In this document: positions 18,551-28,586 of the stretch, one piece after another
How the letters are laid out: each line of letters begins with the position of its first letter
Numbering within the stretch: the first letter of the stretch is position 1
Assembly (NCBI GenBank): GCA_023489435.1
Contig: JAMDCA010000037.1
Coordinates: 23,587-87,586 of the forward strand
Length of the DNA: 64,000 nucleotides
Origin: Thermoplasmatota archaeon
GTDB taxonomy: Archaea > Thermoplasmatota > Thermoplasmata > Thermoplasmatales > Thermoplasmataceae
Direction: 5' to 3'
Translations under genes and position numbers: made by a program
Notes under the pieces: model-generated
What the model was told of the DNA's origin: nothing
Seen by the model: the letters and a program-made list of their open reading frames with translations, nothing else
The model's database searches: none

Positions 18551-21500
18551 ATGGCGGAAGCCACTACAATCAAGAAAGCCGTCAGGAGACTGAGACAGGC
18601 TGCCGAAGGCATTATTGCCTCAGCCGGAGAATCCAGAGAGGCTGCTAAGAAGGAATTCTTAGATGGCCTTGAAGAGCTGGAGGAAACCTGGAGCTCTGGA
18701 CACATCTCCCCTGAAGAGGATGCTTTCCTTGAGGTGGAAAATATATTTGAAAACCTGCGTGCAGCCGACAACGAGGCGTTCCTTACAGGTCTGGACAAGG
18801 TACTTTCATTCATCACAACATCCCAGAAACTCTGGGACATGAAACTGGCTGAACTGAACTCCGTAGATGCATATTCTGAAATCTTGGGCCTACTTGGAAT
18901 GGACAGGCCAATTTCCCTGGGTGAAACCAATCTTGATATCTTGAACAGGGCGGCCCGGGAGCTTGACCGCTATCCTGAAACTGCAATATACCTCTCAGAA
19001 AAAGGTTCCTATGACCGCGAACTTTTCCAGGAGGCGGTTTCACAGGGACTTGATTTAACAGCAAAGGCAGCCATACTGAGCAATTTTCTGGCTGGAAAGA
19101 ATACCCAGTTAGCAGAAAATTTCCTTGGGCTTCTGCTGATGAAAGGCGAAGATACCTGGGCAGAGATAAAACTCATTGAAATTTTCGAGAAGGAAAACCA
19201 CGAGAAATTTATTGAGGAAATTCAGAAACTTGAACCTGAGAAGATAACTGATCTCCAGGACCTGAGGAACGTTGGGCGTCTCCTTTTGCAGAATGATATG
19301 CCATCCCTTACGGTAAGCTTTGCACAATATGGACTCAAGCTCTTCCCTGAAGATTATGAACTCCTGAAGTTGAAAGGGGAGGCCTTGCTCAGGCTCAACG
19401 AGACTGTTGAGTCTTATGAAATTTTCAAACATCTTGCAAACAGAAACAATTCCGACCTTGGCACTGTTAAAAACGCCATAAATCTCGCATTCTCACAAAA
19501 ACTCTACTCTGAGTGCCAGCAGCTGATTGAGGCTTATCCAGCCTCCATGGCGGATCCAGATGTTCTGGGCAAGAAAATAGAATGTGAAATATCCAGTTCC
19601 AAATTCAATGAGGCAATAAGGGATCTCGATCAGGCCCTGGCCAAACATCCTGGTGACAAAAGCCTCCTCAACCTCAAACTAACGGTTCTAATCAAGCTTA
19701 ACAAGGAAAGCGAGGCATTCAATCTTGCCAGGGATCTTATGGAGAAAGATCCTGAAAATCACGAAGCCACCTCTTATGCCATGAGCTGGCTATTCAAGCG
19801 TGGGGAATACGATTCCATAGTAACGATATGCGAGGACAATTCTAACCTTAAAACGAAATTCCATCCAATTTATGTGGCCTGTGAAATTTACGAGGATGAA
19901 AACAAGTCAGCTTTGAAGGAGCTTGCTGAACATCCGGAACTGATGGATTCCCATGAAGTCGTCGATTCGATATTTTTCAATGTGCGGGATGATGATTTTC
20001 TTGGCAGGCTTGATGATATTTACGAATCAAGAAAGAACAGGACTCCCTATTACAAGCTGGTATCCAATCGGTTGAGGGGATTGCGGCCAAGAATGGACTC
20101 ACTGGATAATGCAATTATTACTGGAAACACATCCCAAGCCCTTGCCTACATATTTTCATATGAATATTTTTCCACAAGGAATCCGATTGTTCCAGACAGG
20201 ATAAGGAGCATGCTCTATTTGCCCCAGTTCAAGGAAATAAGGGGCCTTATGGACTTTCTCACCCAGATTTATGAAGGGAAATTCTCAGATGATGTTATTG
20301 ATTCTTCAAGATTCCTCTTCCCCCTGACAGAAGCTTACATCAAGCTGGGCAAACTTGGAAAAGCAGAGACGCAGCTTAACCGTACTTCCCACTCGGAAGT
20401 TGATCCTTTCTATCGGTACAGTGTAGCTCTGATCGAGTTCAGGAAAGGTGAATTCAACTTAGCAAGAAAATATGCAGAGAGTGCACATGACAGGCTTAGG
20501 AATACAGACTTCCTGAAACTTCTCCTGAACATTGCGCTTGCTACCGACGAGCAGAAGAAATTCAGGGAGTACCTTGAAGAAATTGTGGGAATGAATATCC
20601 TGGATTTCTTTGATTTTTCAGAAATATACCTGACACTGACTAAAAATAAACTCTGGAATATGGCTTCAATTCTGCTGTCTTTCGATGCTGAAGGACATGT
20701 GCGTAACCCATGGATAGTGAGGCTCAGGCGCGACCTGGCACTAGTCAACAAGGAATATAAGAAAGCGGGTGAAGCCTCCATGATGCTATTCAGCACAAAC
20801 CAGTATGACCAGGATGACGTCTTCAGGCAGATTGGCATTTACCAGAGCCTTGGGAAGTCCTCGGAAATCCTGAATTTCCTTATTGACCTGGAGACAGAAA
20901 ACAGGACAATCTGGCTTGAACTGTTAATTGGGGATACCTACATGGGTTCTTCAAAATTCCAGGAAGCCCTTCAGCATTATTCAATTGCCATTTCTCTAGG
21001 GGCTGATCCGGAGAAAATAGAAAACTATGTGACTTCTCTCATGGAAGTTGGAAAATTTGAGGAGTCTGAAGAGCTCATTAAGAAAACCGATAATAAACTG
21101 CTTCAACTGAAATTTTTCCAGAAGACCTCCAATATTCAAGGAGTCATAGAACTTCTTGGAAAGTTGACCTTCAAGAAGGATGAGGACCAGGAGATAGTCA
21201 GATATACCGTTGATAACCTTTGGTACAACAGGGATGTAAGGGATTTCCTGGTTAACCTGTACAAGCAGGAAGGCTACACCTGGCTTGGGATAATTATTGC
21301 AACCAGGACTTTTGAGAGCAGTGACACGAAACTTGCCCTTGAAGTTGCAAAGAACCTCAACAAGAACAACCCAGAGGATCTTGAGATTGTCAACCTATAT
21401 GCAGAGCTTCTCATCAAGTCAGGCCAGAGAGAGGATGCAATTGAGGTACTTCTGCAGAGCCTGAAATATTGCGATGAGTTCTCCAAAGGCCTGAACGTGA

Positions 21501-22252
21501 CAAATACCCTGTTGAGGCTATATTATGATGACCGGGATTACGAAGCGGTAATCCATTTCTACGAAACCAATCCGAAGTTTGTTGATGAAAGGAGCCTGCA
21601 GTTCGTCATAAGGAGCTACATGGAAGGCGACAACTTCGACATGGCTGAAAAGCTCATGGGAAGGTACGAAGGCACCCTTCTTACAAAAGAGACCCATAAT
21701 GAACTCAGTGAGGACCTTAAGACCAAGAAAGAATTTATGGAAACAATCTTCTATGTCAGCAGGCTCCTCAAGCTCGAGTACAAAGTGGGAAAGAAATTTG
21801 ACAAGAAAGAGGCATTTTATAAGGCAGATATACCCATAGAACAGATTGAGCCCGTATTCCAGTTCCTCGCCAGCAGGGACTTTTACTTCGATGTGAATGA
21901 GGAAAAATATGAGATACTGACCAGAGACGTTATACAGAAGGCAGCAAAGGCTGTAGACCTGGAAAGCCTCAAAGATCTTTCCATCAGCACCATTTTCAAT
22001 AACCTGGACAGGAAAGACCCTGTTCTTGCAAGAAATATATACATTTACATAAAAGACCAGATGGAAATTGCCAGAAGGCCAAAACTGAAAGATGAAACCC
22101 TTCTGAAACTGCTAAGGGTCGCACTGAAGGAAAATATAAAGCAAGAAACACTTCACATTGCATTCTTTCTCAAATTAGGCATATCTGAGGCCCTCGATGT
22201 CATGACCCTTATGGAATATATGTCGAAGATGAATGAAGAGGGCGAAATCTGA
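18551..22252 (+). CDS. Very large all-alpha TPR-like repeat protein (about 1230 aa)
   Basis: Long ORF with helical-repeat character (e.g. EAIRDLDQALAKHPGDKSLLNLKLTVLIKLNKESEAFNLARDLMEKDPENHEA). No TM or signal peptide. ATG 18551 is preferred over the track's TTG 18533. AT-rich aataatatat lies ~25 nt upstream. Confidence 0.7.
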   Translation: MAEATTIKKAVRRLRQAAEGIIASAGESREAAKKEFLDGLEELEETWSSGHISPEEDAFLEVENIFENLRAADNEAFLTGLDKVLSFITTSQKLWDMKLAELNSVDAYSEILGLLGMDRPISLGETNLDILNRAARELDRYPETAIYLSEKGSYDRELFQEAVSQGLDLTAKAAILSNFLAGKNTQLAENFLGLLLMKGEDTWAEIKLIEIFEKENHEKFIEEIQKLEPEKITDLQDLRNVGRLLLQNDMPSLTVSFAQYGLKLFPEDYELLKLKGEALLRLNETVESYEIFKHLANRNNSDLGTVKNAINLAFSQKLYSECQQLIEAYPASMADPDVLGKKIECEISSSKFNEAIRDLDQALAKHPGDKSLLNLKLTVLIKLNKESEAFNLARDLMEKDPENHEATSYAMSWLFKRGEYDSIVTICEDNSNLKTKFHPIYVACEIYEDENKSALKELAEHPELMDSHEVVDSIFFNVRDDDFLGRLDDIYESRKNRTPYYKLVSNRLRGLRPRMDSLDNAIITGNTSQALAYIFSYEYFSTRNPIVPDRIRSMLYLPQFKEIRGLMDFLTQIYEGKFSDDVIDSSRFLFPLTEAYIKLGKLGKAETQLNRTSHSEVDPFYRYSVALIEFRKGEFNLARKYAESAHDRLRNTDFLKLLLNIALATDEQKKFREYLEEIVGMNILDFFDFSEIYLTLTKNKLWNMASILLSFDAEGHVRNPWIVRLRRDLALVNKEYKKAGEASMMLFSTNQYDQDDVFRQIGIYQSLGKSSEILNFLIDLETENRTIWLELLIGDTYMGSSKFQEALQHYSIAISLGADPEKIENYVTSLMEVGKFEESEELIKKTDNKLLQLKFFQKTSNIQGVIELLGKLTFKKDEDQEIVRYTVDNLWYNRDVRDFLVNLYKQEGYTWLGIIIATRTFESSDTKLALEVAKNLNKNNPEDLEIVNLYAELLIKSGQREDAIEVLLQSLKYCDEFSKGLNVTNTLLRLYYDDRDYEAVIHFYETNPKFVDERSLQFVIRSYMEGDNFDMAEKLMGRYEGTLLTKETHNELSEDLKTKKEFMETIFYVSRLLKLEYKVGKKFDKKEAFYKADIPIEQIEPVFQFLASRDFYFDVNEEKYEILTRDVIQKAAKAVDLESLKDLSISTIFNNLDRKDPVLARNIYIYIKDQMEIARRPKLKDETLLKLLRVALKENIKQETLHIAFFLKLGISEALDVMTLMEYMSKMNEEGEI

Positions 22253-22867
22253 TTGCATTCCTTTGGATATTCCCGTTTAGGGAGGGAAGTGCAGGATATT
22301 CTGATTGCAGTTATTGCCTTGACCATGGCTTTTTCCATCTCTATTTTCAGCCACTATTCTTTCAGACTTTCCACATCCCTGGTTCTTTACTATCTTGTCC
22401 TGAGTCTGACAGCTGTTTGCCTGGCATTCCTGGCTCACGAACTGGCCCACAGGCAAGTTGCAAGAAGATACGGGGGACATGCTGAATTCAGAATCTGGCC
22501 CATGGGCCTTCTTGGTGGTTTGATCTTTTCATTCCTTGGATTCGTTATAGCCGCCCCTGGAGCAGTTTACATTGAAGGAGTTTTCGGGCAGGGAAGAGTG
22601 GGTAAAACCGCCCTTGCCGGACCCATGACGAATCTTGTTTTAGGGACTATTTTCCTTGCAGCAGGAATTTCACTTGGGGGAACTGGTTGGGCTTTTCCCA
22701 TGGGTTACCTCTCACAAATTAACCTTTACCTTGGTGTTTTCAATATGATCCCAATCCCGCCCCTAGATGGCCAGAAGGTGATGAGCTGGAATTTAAGATC
22801 ATACGTTGTTATTGGGATTACCATGGTTTTCCTTGCGGTTGTATCATTTGTAATATTTGGGGCCTGA
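22253..22867 (+). CDS. M50 family site-2 protease-like intramembrane zinc metalloprotease
   Basis: HELAHRQVARRYG (HExxH) and NMIPIPPLDGQKV (NxxPxxxLDG) within a polytopic membrane protein. TTG start directly abuts the TPR gene stop. Confidence 0.8.
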   Translation: MHSFGYSRLGREVQDILIAVIALTMAFSISIFSHYSFRLSTSLVLYYLVLSLTAVCLAFLAHELAHRQVARRYGGHAEFRIWPMGLLGGLIFSFLGFVIAAPGAVYIEGVFGQGRVGKTALAGPMTNLVLGTIFLAAGISLGGTGWAFPMGYLSQINLYLGVFNMIPIPPLDGQKVMSWNLRSYVVIGITMVFLAVVSFVIFGA

Positions 22868-22880
22868 ATTCCCGGATTGA

Positions 22881-23147
22881 TCACTCTTTTGGCGTAAGAA
22901 AGAAAATTGAGCTTTCACCCACTTCTATTCTGTAAGTTATACTGTGGGTGATGGGCAAATTATCAGTAACGACCACCACAGTCTTTGATCTGGACAGAAG
23001 TTCCCAAAGCCCAGGTGAGGGTTTTACAATTACGCCAAGATATAGTGGGTTTTCTGAAGCTTCGAAATAATTTTCAACTTGATATTCCACTTTTTCGCCG
23101 TTAATGGTTGAAAGAATTTTCATTTTTGGCATTTGCACATAAGTCAT
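22881..23147 (-). CDS. Hypothetical small protein (88 aa)
   Basis: ORF only, in a gap between convergent genes. No recognisable motif. Confidence 0.35.
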   Translation of the reverse strand: MTYVQMPKMKILSTINGEKVEYQVENYFEASENPLYLGVIVKPSPGLWELLSRSKTVVVVTDNLPITHSITYRIEVGESSIFFLTPKE

Positions 23148-23247
23148 CTAGCTAAGGGTTATATATTTTCCAGAAATTTGGTGCAGTCTTAGTTTAGGTA
23201 TTCAGCGAACAGCATCCTGAATCCCGTTTAAGAAGGCAATGATTTAG

Positions 23248-23415
23248 ATGAGATACAAAGAGAATTGCACGTCCTGCGGAGTCGGACTTGTCCAGACTGG
23301 TTACTCCATATTTGAATGCCCACAGTGCGGCGAAGAGCTTATAGGGCGCTGCAAAGACTGCCGCGAACACTCCACAAAATATGACTGCCCCAAATGCGGT
23401 TTCCAGGGACCATGA
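23248..23415 (+). CDS. Small Zn-ribbon protein (55 aa) of the kind conserved upstream of EF-1beta in archaea. Absent from the ORF track.
   Basis: ATG 23248 to TGA 23413-23415. [55 protein letters not shown] has four CxxC pairs. Confidence 0.75.
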   Translation: MRYKENCTSCGVGLVQTGYSIFECPQCGEELIGRCKDCREHSTKYDCPKCGFQGP

Positions 23416-23425
23416 AGGGATTTCA

Positions 23426-23692
23426 ATGGGAGACGTAGCAGTATTGTTAAAAATTTTGCCCACAGATGTGGAGCTTGATATCAACGTCATCAAGGATGAG
23501 GTTGTAAAGAAGGTAAAGCCCCTTTGTGAAGTAAACAATGTGGAAATAAACGAAGTGGGTTTCGGCCTTAAGGCCATAAAGTTACAGGTAATTGTGCCCG
23601 ACCAGGAAGGAAAGATAGACCAGGTTGAACAGACTATCTCCAGTGTCGACGGAGTTGGCCAGGTAGATACTGAAGAAGTTACTCTTGTCTAA
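23426..23692 (+). CDS. Translation elongation factor 1-beta (aEF-1beta)
   Basis: 88 aa from MGDVAVLLKILPTDVELD..., ending VDGVGQVDTEEVTLV. Typical size and sequence. The track ORF start 23381 overlaps the Zn-ribbon gene and is not used. Confidence 0.85.
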   Translation: MGDVAVLLKILPTDVELDINVIKDEVVKKVKPLCEVNNVEINEVGFGLKAIKLQVIVPDQEGKIDQVEQTISSVDGVGQVDTEEVTLV

Positions 23693-24777
23693 TGTCGCTT
23701 CCGTGGTTATTTTATAACTTTTTTTTCGATTTATTCGTTGCATTCCTTTTTCTAGTTTTTTTAGGTTTGACATATATAGCAGCAATAAGGAACCGTAACG
23801 ATACTTATTCTGGGAAACCCCAGTCTAAAGCTCTGGTAATAGTTCCCTGCAGAGGGCTTGACTATTCCCTTGAGGCAAACCTCAGAAGCATAATGAAGCA
23901 GGACTACAGCCACCATGATATCATAGCTGTAGTTGATTCTGCAGACGATGCAAGTGTTCCAGTGCTCAATGAAGTGGGAATGAAATGGATGCTTGCAACT
24001 GACCGTTGCGTGAACTGCAGCGGCAAAGTCAGGGCAATTTCCTCTGCAATTAATGGCTCCGAACCATACGAAGTCTATGTCATTGCAGACTCAGACATTC
24101 TTGTAAAACCGGATTGGCTCTCAAAGCTACTTTCCCCCATGATCAATCCTCATACTGGAATATCGACCACTTTTCCTTATTTTGAACCTGTGGGCGGATT
24201 CTGGTCTAAGGTAAAACTTATCTGGGGCTTCGTTGGCCTTGGCATGATGGAATCCAGCATAACAAGATTCGGATGGGGCGGATCACTTGCATTCAGGGCT
24301 GAACTGATCCAGGGTGAAGGCATGGAATTCTTCCGCAACTTTGTTTCGGATGATATAGCACTGACTAAGCTCTGCAAAAAGATGGGGCTAAAGATCGCAT
24401 ATGTAAAGGAAGCGATGCCCACAATCAATTCGCCGGACGATTTTGCAACTTTCATGGAATGGGCAAACAGACAGACCGCACTCTCAGTATATTCCACGAG
24501 AAGGGTACTCAGGCTTGGCCTTATTTTTTACGGGGCGTCAATTCTACTGTTCATTTCATCCATAATCCTCACTTTTCTGGTATTCCCGCTCTTTGCGTTA
24601 TTCCTGATTCCAGCCCTCATAAATGCTGCCAGAGCGGTAAAAAGGTCTGGAAAACTGCCTGTTTACTCTTTTTTCATAAGTCTGCTCATACCGTTCATTT
24701 ATATCTACAATCTGACCAAGGCGGCGGGTATGAAATCCATAAGCTGGAGAGGGAGGGATTACTCACTGGAAGAGTAA
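23692..24777 (+). CDS. Membrane-bound family 2 glycosyltransferase (GT21/ceramide-glucosyltransferase-like)
   Basis: N-terminal TM. VIVPCRGLDYSLEANLRSIMKQDY, VVDSADD, ADSD (DxD). C-terminal TM helices. ATG shares one nt with the EF-1beta stop (TAATG). Confidence 0.7.
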   Translation: MSLPWLFYNFFFDLFVAFLFLVFLGLTYIAAIRNRNDTYSGKPQSKALVIVPCRGLDYSLEANLRSIMKQDYSHHDIIAVVDSADDASVPVLNEVGMKWMLATDRCVNCSGKVRAISSAINGSEPYEVYVIADSDILVKPDWLSKLLSPMINPHTGISTTFPYFEPVGGFWSKVKLIWGFVGLGMMESSITRFGWGGSLAFRAELIQGEGMEFFRNFVSDDIALTKLCKKMGLKIAYVKEAMPTINSPDDFATFMEWANRQTALSVYSTRRVLRLGLIFYGASILLFISSIILTFLVFPLFALFLIPALINAARAVKRSGKLPVYSFFISLLIPFIYIYNLTKAAGMKSISWRGRDYSLEE

Positions 24778-24813
24778 TCCGCGTAAATTATTATATTACA
24801 ATACAATGAAAAC

Positions 24814-26196
24814 GTGGTTAAGTTGACTGAAACTCCAGATTATAAACCCATTTTTGGCACCAATGGAATACGGGGAATACCAAACAAAGATCTCACAGTA
24901 GAATTCGCCCAGGAAATTGGCAAAGCCATTGGAACTTACTACGGGAAAGTGTCCGTGGCAATGGGCAGGGACACCAGAGATACGGGGAACATGATTTTCA
25001 ATGCCGTCGCGTCAGGACTCATGAGCAGCGGGAGCGGCATCATAGACTTGGGAATCCTGCCCACGCCGGCACTTCAGTATTATTGCAAATCAAAAGGCAT
25101 TTTTGGAGTGGTAATAACGGCATCCCACAATCCACCCCGATTCAATGGCATCAAGTGCATAGCGAATGACGGAACTGAGCTGAGGCGTGAAGATGAGGAG
25201 AAGATCGAAAGGATCTATTACGAGAAAGCCTTCGCGACAGTTCCCTGGGAAGATGTAGGAACGTTGAGGGGCGATCCGACTTCCCTTGAACTTTACTTAG
25301 ACGGTATTTTGTCACACGTTAATGTGGGCAAGATCAGAGAAAAGCAATTTCGTGTGCTTGTCGACAGTGGAAACGGGGCGTCATATTTCACTACGCCTGC
25401 CCTCCTTAGAAAACTTGGATGCAGCGTGGTCTCCCTTAATACTTATCCTGACGGTAAATTTACCTCCAGAACATCAGAGCCCAGACCAGAGAATCTGAAA
25501 GATCTCATTTCGCTCATGAAGGGCGGCAATTTCAACCTCGGTGTCGCACACGATGGCGATGCCGACAGGGCAGTGTTCATAGATGAAAAGGGGAACTTCA
25601 TTGACGGCGACAAGACCTTGTGCCTGGTGGTCAGGAGTGTCATTAAACCGGGCACCAAGGTAGTTACCCCAATAAGCAGTTCAGACGCCATAGATGAGAT
25701 TTGCCATGATGGAAAGGCCGATCTTATCCGTACAAGAGTAGGCGCACCTCTAGTCTCCAGGACAATGATAGACAACAGGGCCATGATTGGGGGAGAAGAA
25801 AATGGCGGAATAATCTACGGGGAACACCAGTATTGCAGGGACGGTGCGATGACTGTGGCCCTGATACTAAATTTAATGGCAGTGGGCGGCAAGAGGATCT
25901 CTGAAATGATTTCTAGCCTGCCACAATTTTTCATCCACAAACTCTCAGTTGAGAGAAAGAGAGACTGGAAAAGCCTTGAGCCCCATATTCTTTCATACGC
26001 TGAAACAAAGTCGAATGACAGGTCTGACGGCCTCAAGATTTATCTTAGTGACGGATGGGTGCTTATGCGCCCCTCGGGCACAGAACCCATAATAAGGGTT
26101 TACGGTCAGTCACGGGATGAAAAGAGAGCCAGGGAACTGGCACTTGAATATGAGGCCCTTATACTGGGCCTTCAAGAAGGGCCGAGTGCAGAGTAA
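24814..26196 (+). CDS. Phosphohexomutase (phosphoglucosamine mutase / phosphomannomutase family)
   Basis: Active-site TASHNP and metal loop GVAHDGDADR. 460 aa. GTG start. Confidence 0.85.
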   Translation: MVKLTETPDYKPIFGTNGIRGIPNKDLTVEFAQEIGKAIGTYYGKVSVAMGRDTRDTGNMIFNAVASGLMSSGSGIIDLGILPTPALQYYCKSKGIFGVVITASHNPPRFNGIKCIANDGTELRREDEEKIERIYYEKAFATVPWEDVGTLRGDPTSLELYLDGILSHVNVGKIREKQFRVLVDSGNGASYFTTPALLRKLGCSVVSLNTYPDGKFTSRTSEPRPENLKDLISLMKGGNFNLGVAHDGDADRAVFIDEKGNFIDGDKTLCLVVRSVIKPGTKVVTPISSSDAIDEICHDGKADLIRTRVGAPLVSRTMIDNRAMIGGEENGGIIYGEHQYCRDGAMTVALILNLMAVGGKRISEMISSLPQFFIHKLSVERKRDWKSLEPHILSYAETKSNDRSDGLKIYLSDGWVLMRPSGTEPIIRVYGQSRDEKRARELALEYEALILGLQEGPSAE

Positions 26197-26786
26197 GTGT
26201 CCCTGAACCGCATCACCGCTGTTATATTGCCAGCTATTGCGAACCAAATGAGCAATATATTGATGGGTGTTATCAGGATGCCATACAGTACTGCATGGTA
26301 AGCAATGAAAAACTGAAGCAGAATGAATATGAGCATAAGCACTAGCCTGTCAGCCCTGCCAAGGATGCCTGAGTAATTTCTCCTGAGTCCCAATGCCTGT
26401 GATTGCACACCCAAATAGCTTGTAAGAAGCACGCCGATGATGGCAAGAAGTCCTATCCACATCTGTGCATGGATGCTGAAAACGAACCCCAGCATGATCA
26501 GAATGTCTGAATACCTGTCCAGCACATGGTCCATGAGGTCACCTCTTTTTGAGGATAAATTCCTCATTCTCGCAACCTTGCCATCTATGGCGTCAAACAG
26601 CGCAGACAGAAGCAATGTAACAAAACTTGCAAGGATGAGCACTCCGCCAAGATAAAAGAGAAGGCCGGTCAGGCCGGCAAATATCAGTGAGAACAATGAT
26701 ATCGTATTTGGATTGATATTCATGAAAGGCTTTGATAAGGGGATGAGAAATTTATCTGCTGTGCCTCTGTAGGAATCCAGTACCAT
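26172..26786 (-). CDS. CDP-alcohol phosphatidyltransferase family protein (archaetidylinositol-phosphate synthase-like)
   Basis: DAIDGKVARMRNLSSKRGDLMDHVLDRYSD fits D-x2-DG-x2-AR-x8-G-x3-D-x3-D. Polytopic, 204 aa. Confidence 0.8.
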   Translation of the reverse strand: MVLDSYRGTADKFLIPLSKPFMNINPNTISLFSLIFAGLTGLLFYLGGVLILASFVTLLLSALFDAIDGKVARMRNLSSKRGDLMDHVLDRYSDILIMLGFVFSIHAQMWIGLLAIIGVLLTSYLGVQSQALGLRRNYSGILGRADRLVLMLIFILLQFFIAYHAVLYGILITPINILLIWFAIAGNITAVMRFRDTYSALGPS

Positions 26787-26811
26787 CAGTAAGGAAAATG
26801 TTCAGGACCAA

Positions 26812-27270
26812 TTAATCTTTTTTCGAAAGTCTGATATGATCAACTATCTTCAAAGCAGCAAGTTCCAGATTACCCTCCACGACCTTAATCCTTTGGATTC
26901 TAGACGAAGGAAGCAGCTCCAGAGCCTCCTGGTATATAATATCTGATCTCAGTGCATCCAGGTTCTCTTCAACCTTCTCCTTTGAATAGCCCCTCTGCAA
27001 TAGCGTTTTTCCAGTCTCCGACTCGTCCCTTTCAAGTATGAATACCATTTCACAGGGAAGCAGATGGGAGTAATGCCCTTCAATTATGATGCCGGACTTG
27101 CCTTCCCATTTAATCCTGTCCCGAAGGCAATCCATGTCCATTTCATTGTTTTCCACGCAATCCCTGGCTCCATCCATATCAAGGATGTTCCTGCAGTCAT
27201 AACCGGAGTTTCTCAGATAAGTGCATACTGAACTTTTGCCGGAACCGGGAATGCCGGTGATGCTGATCAA
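26812..27270 (-). CDS. Putative adenylate kinase AK6/Fap7-like NTPase
   Basis: P-loop ITGIPGSGKSS at the N-terminus. 152 aa. Start overlaps the tiaS stop by 4 nt. Confidence 0.6.
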   Translation of the reverse strand: MISITGIPGSGKSSVCTYLRNSGYDCRNILDMDGARDCVENNEMDMDCLRDRIKWEGKSGIIIEGHYSHLLPCEMVFILERDESETGKTLLQRGYSKEKVEENLDALRSDIIYQEALELLPSSRIQRIKVVEGNLELAALKIVDHIRLSKKD

Positions 27271-28586
27271 GCGTAAACCTCGGCAGGAGCACCCACAACA
27301 TCACACATGTCCAGTTCAAATGGCCGCGAGAGATGCCTTCTTGACAACACAGGCACGTCAAATTTTCCCGTAAGGATCTCGCGGGGTTTAAGTTCGTAGG
27401 AGGCGAGACTTTCTTTGCTGCCGCACCTGTAGCATCTATAGTCATTTCTCCCTCTGCTGTGCATTCTGTCACCACATTCTTTGCATGTAGGAGGGATTTT
27501 TATGTAAACGTCAGATAGAGCCTTCACTTCCATTTTCTCCACGTTGAGGCATTTATCCTTGTAGGTCCCGTAAACCCTGATATCATCGCCGGATGCCATT
27601 TTCGAAAATGCAGTCCTGAATTCTTTTGTAGGCTCAAATGCTGCTATGGCAAGTTCCATATGCCCCTTCTGCAGTGTGGCAAAATAGTGCCCGCCTGTTA
27701 TACTGTAAGGTTGCCCTTTTACCGTTCCCTCAATTGAATAGGAACATCCGTCCCGGAGCTTTTCCGGATCGGGAATAATGTGATCATCCGTAGCCTGGTT
27801 TGTCCTGAACAGAAGGTACCGTTCAACACCAAGGCCTGTTTCAGCTACGATCTCCGGAGCTTTATCGAGTAAACTCTCAGGCTGGGTTCCCCGGATCCCC
27901 AGTACCACAGGAGTTCTTTCCCGGGGAAAGATTGCGGCGTGATTATTCCTGTTATCTATGTTGTTAAAGCTACCCGGTATCTGGTCTGCCAGCCTGGCAA
28001 CTCCCAGCTTCAGGTCAGGGGCTACGGGTAGCCCATTCGGGAATCTGTACGCGAGGAATTCATATGTCACTTGTTTAGCAGGCCACGCGATGGCAGCGGC
28101 TGCTCCAATGATCCCCCTTCCATTTTTGAATTTCCTGTATTCACCACCCTGTTCTGTGACAAATGCCTCAGCCTCGTGGATTGAAACTTCCTCCCGGACA
28201 GCTTTCCAATAAAATGATGAATCAAATTCACTGGTGGAGAAAACTATCCCTGGATTGGTGTCATGTTCGTCGAGTACGGCCATCTCCTCAACAACTTCAC
28301 CGGCAAGGTTGATCAGATCAGTTGCCTGTGGTGCATCTTCCTCTTCAGGGTAGCTCATTATATCCATTCCGTTGAAGCTCCCAATCTTAAGCGGAACTCC
28401 TCTTCCGTGCCCTAATTTGGCACAGAGTGCCCCATTGCCCCTCGTTTTGTGCTTGATAGCCGGGTTCAGCCTTACAAGGTGCGGGTAGCCGATGATGTCC
28501 ATCCCGCTGCGGATAATGATTTCAGAAAGAAGGTAGGTTGTGCACATTCCCTCTCGGGAGTCTGTGTCATCTACTGCAATGTACAT
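27267..28586 (-). CDS. tiaS: tRNA(Ile2) 2-agmatinylcytidine synthetase TiaS
   Basis: N-terminus MYIAVDDTDSREGMCTTYL is characteristic. C-terminal Zn ribbon CKECGDRMHSRGRNDYRCYRCG. Confidence 0.85.
   Translation of the reverse strand: MYIAVDDTDSREGMCTTYLLSEIIIRSGMDIIGYPHLVRLNPAIKHKTRGNGALCAKLGHGRGVPLKIGSFNGMDIMSYPEEEDAPQATDLINLAGEVVEEMAVLDEHDTNPGIVFSTSEFDSSFYWKAVREEVSIHEAEAFVTEQGGEYRKFKNGRGIIGAAAAIAWPAKQVTYEFLAYRFPNGLPVAPDLKLGVARLADQIPGSFNNIDNRNNHAAIFPRERTPVVLGIRGTQPESLLDKAPEIVAETGLGVERYLLFRTNQATDDHIIPDPEKLRDGCSYSIEGTVKGQPYSITGGHYFATLQKGHMELAIAAFEPTKEFRTAFSKMASGDDIRVYGTYKDKCLNVEKMEVKALSDVYIKIPPTCKECGDRMHSRGRNDYRCYRCGSKESLASYELKPREILTGKFDVPVLSRRHLSRPFELDMCDVVGAPAEVYA

Noticed and set aside
18505-18930. 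141-aa minus-strand ORF overlapping the start of the TPR gene
   Set aside because: Ser-rich antisense shadow of a 1230-aa ORF, with no independent support.
23194-23577. 127-aa minus-strand ORF
   Set aside because: It is antisense to the Zn-ribbon (four CxxC) and EF-1beta genes, which are strongly supported. Accepting it would delete both.
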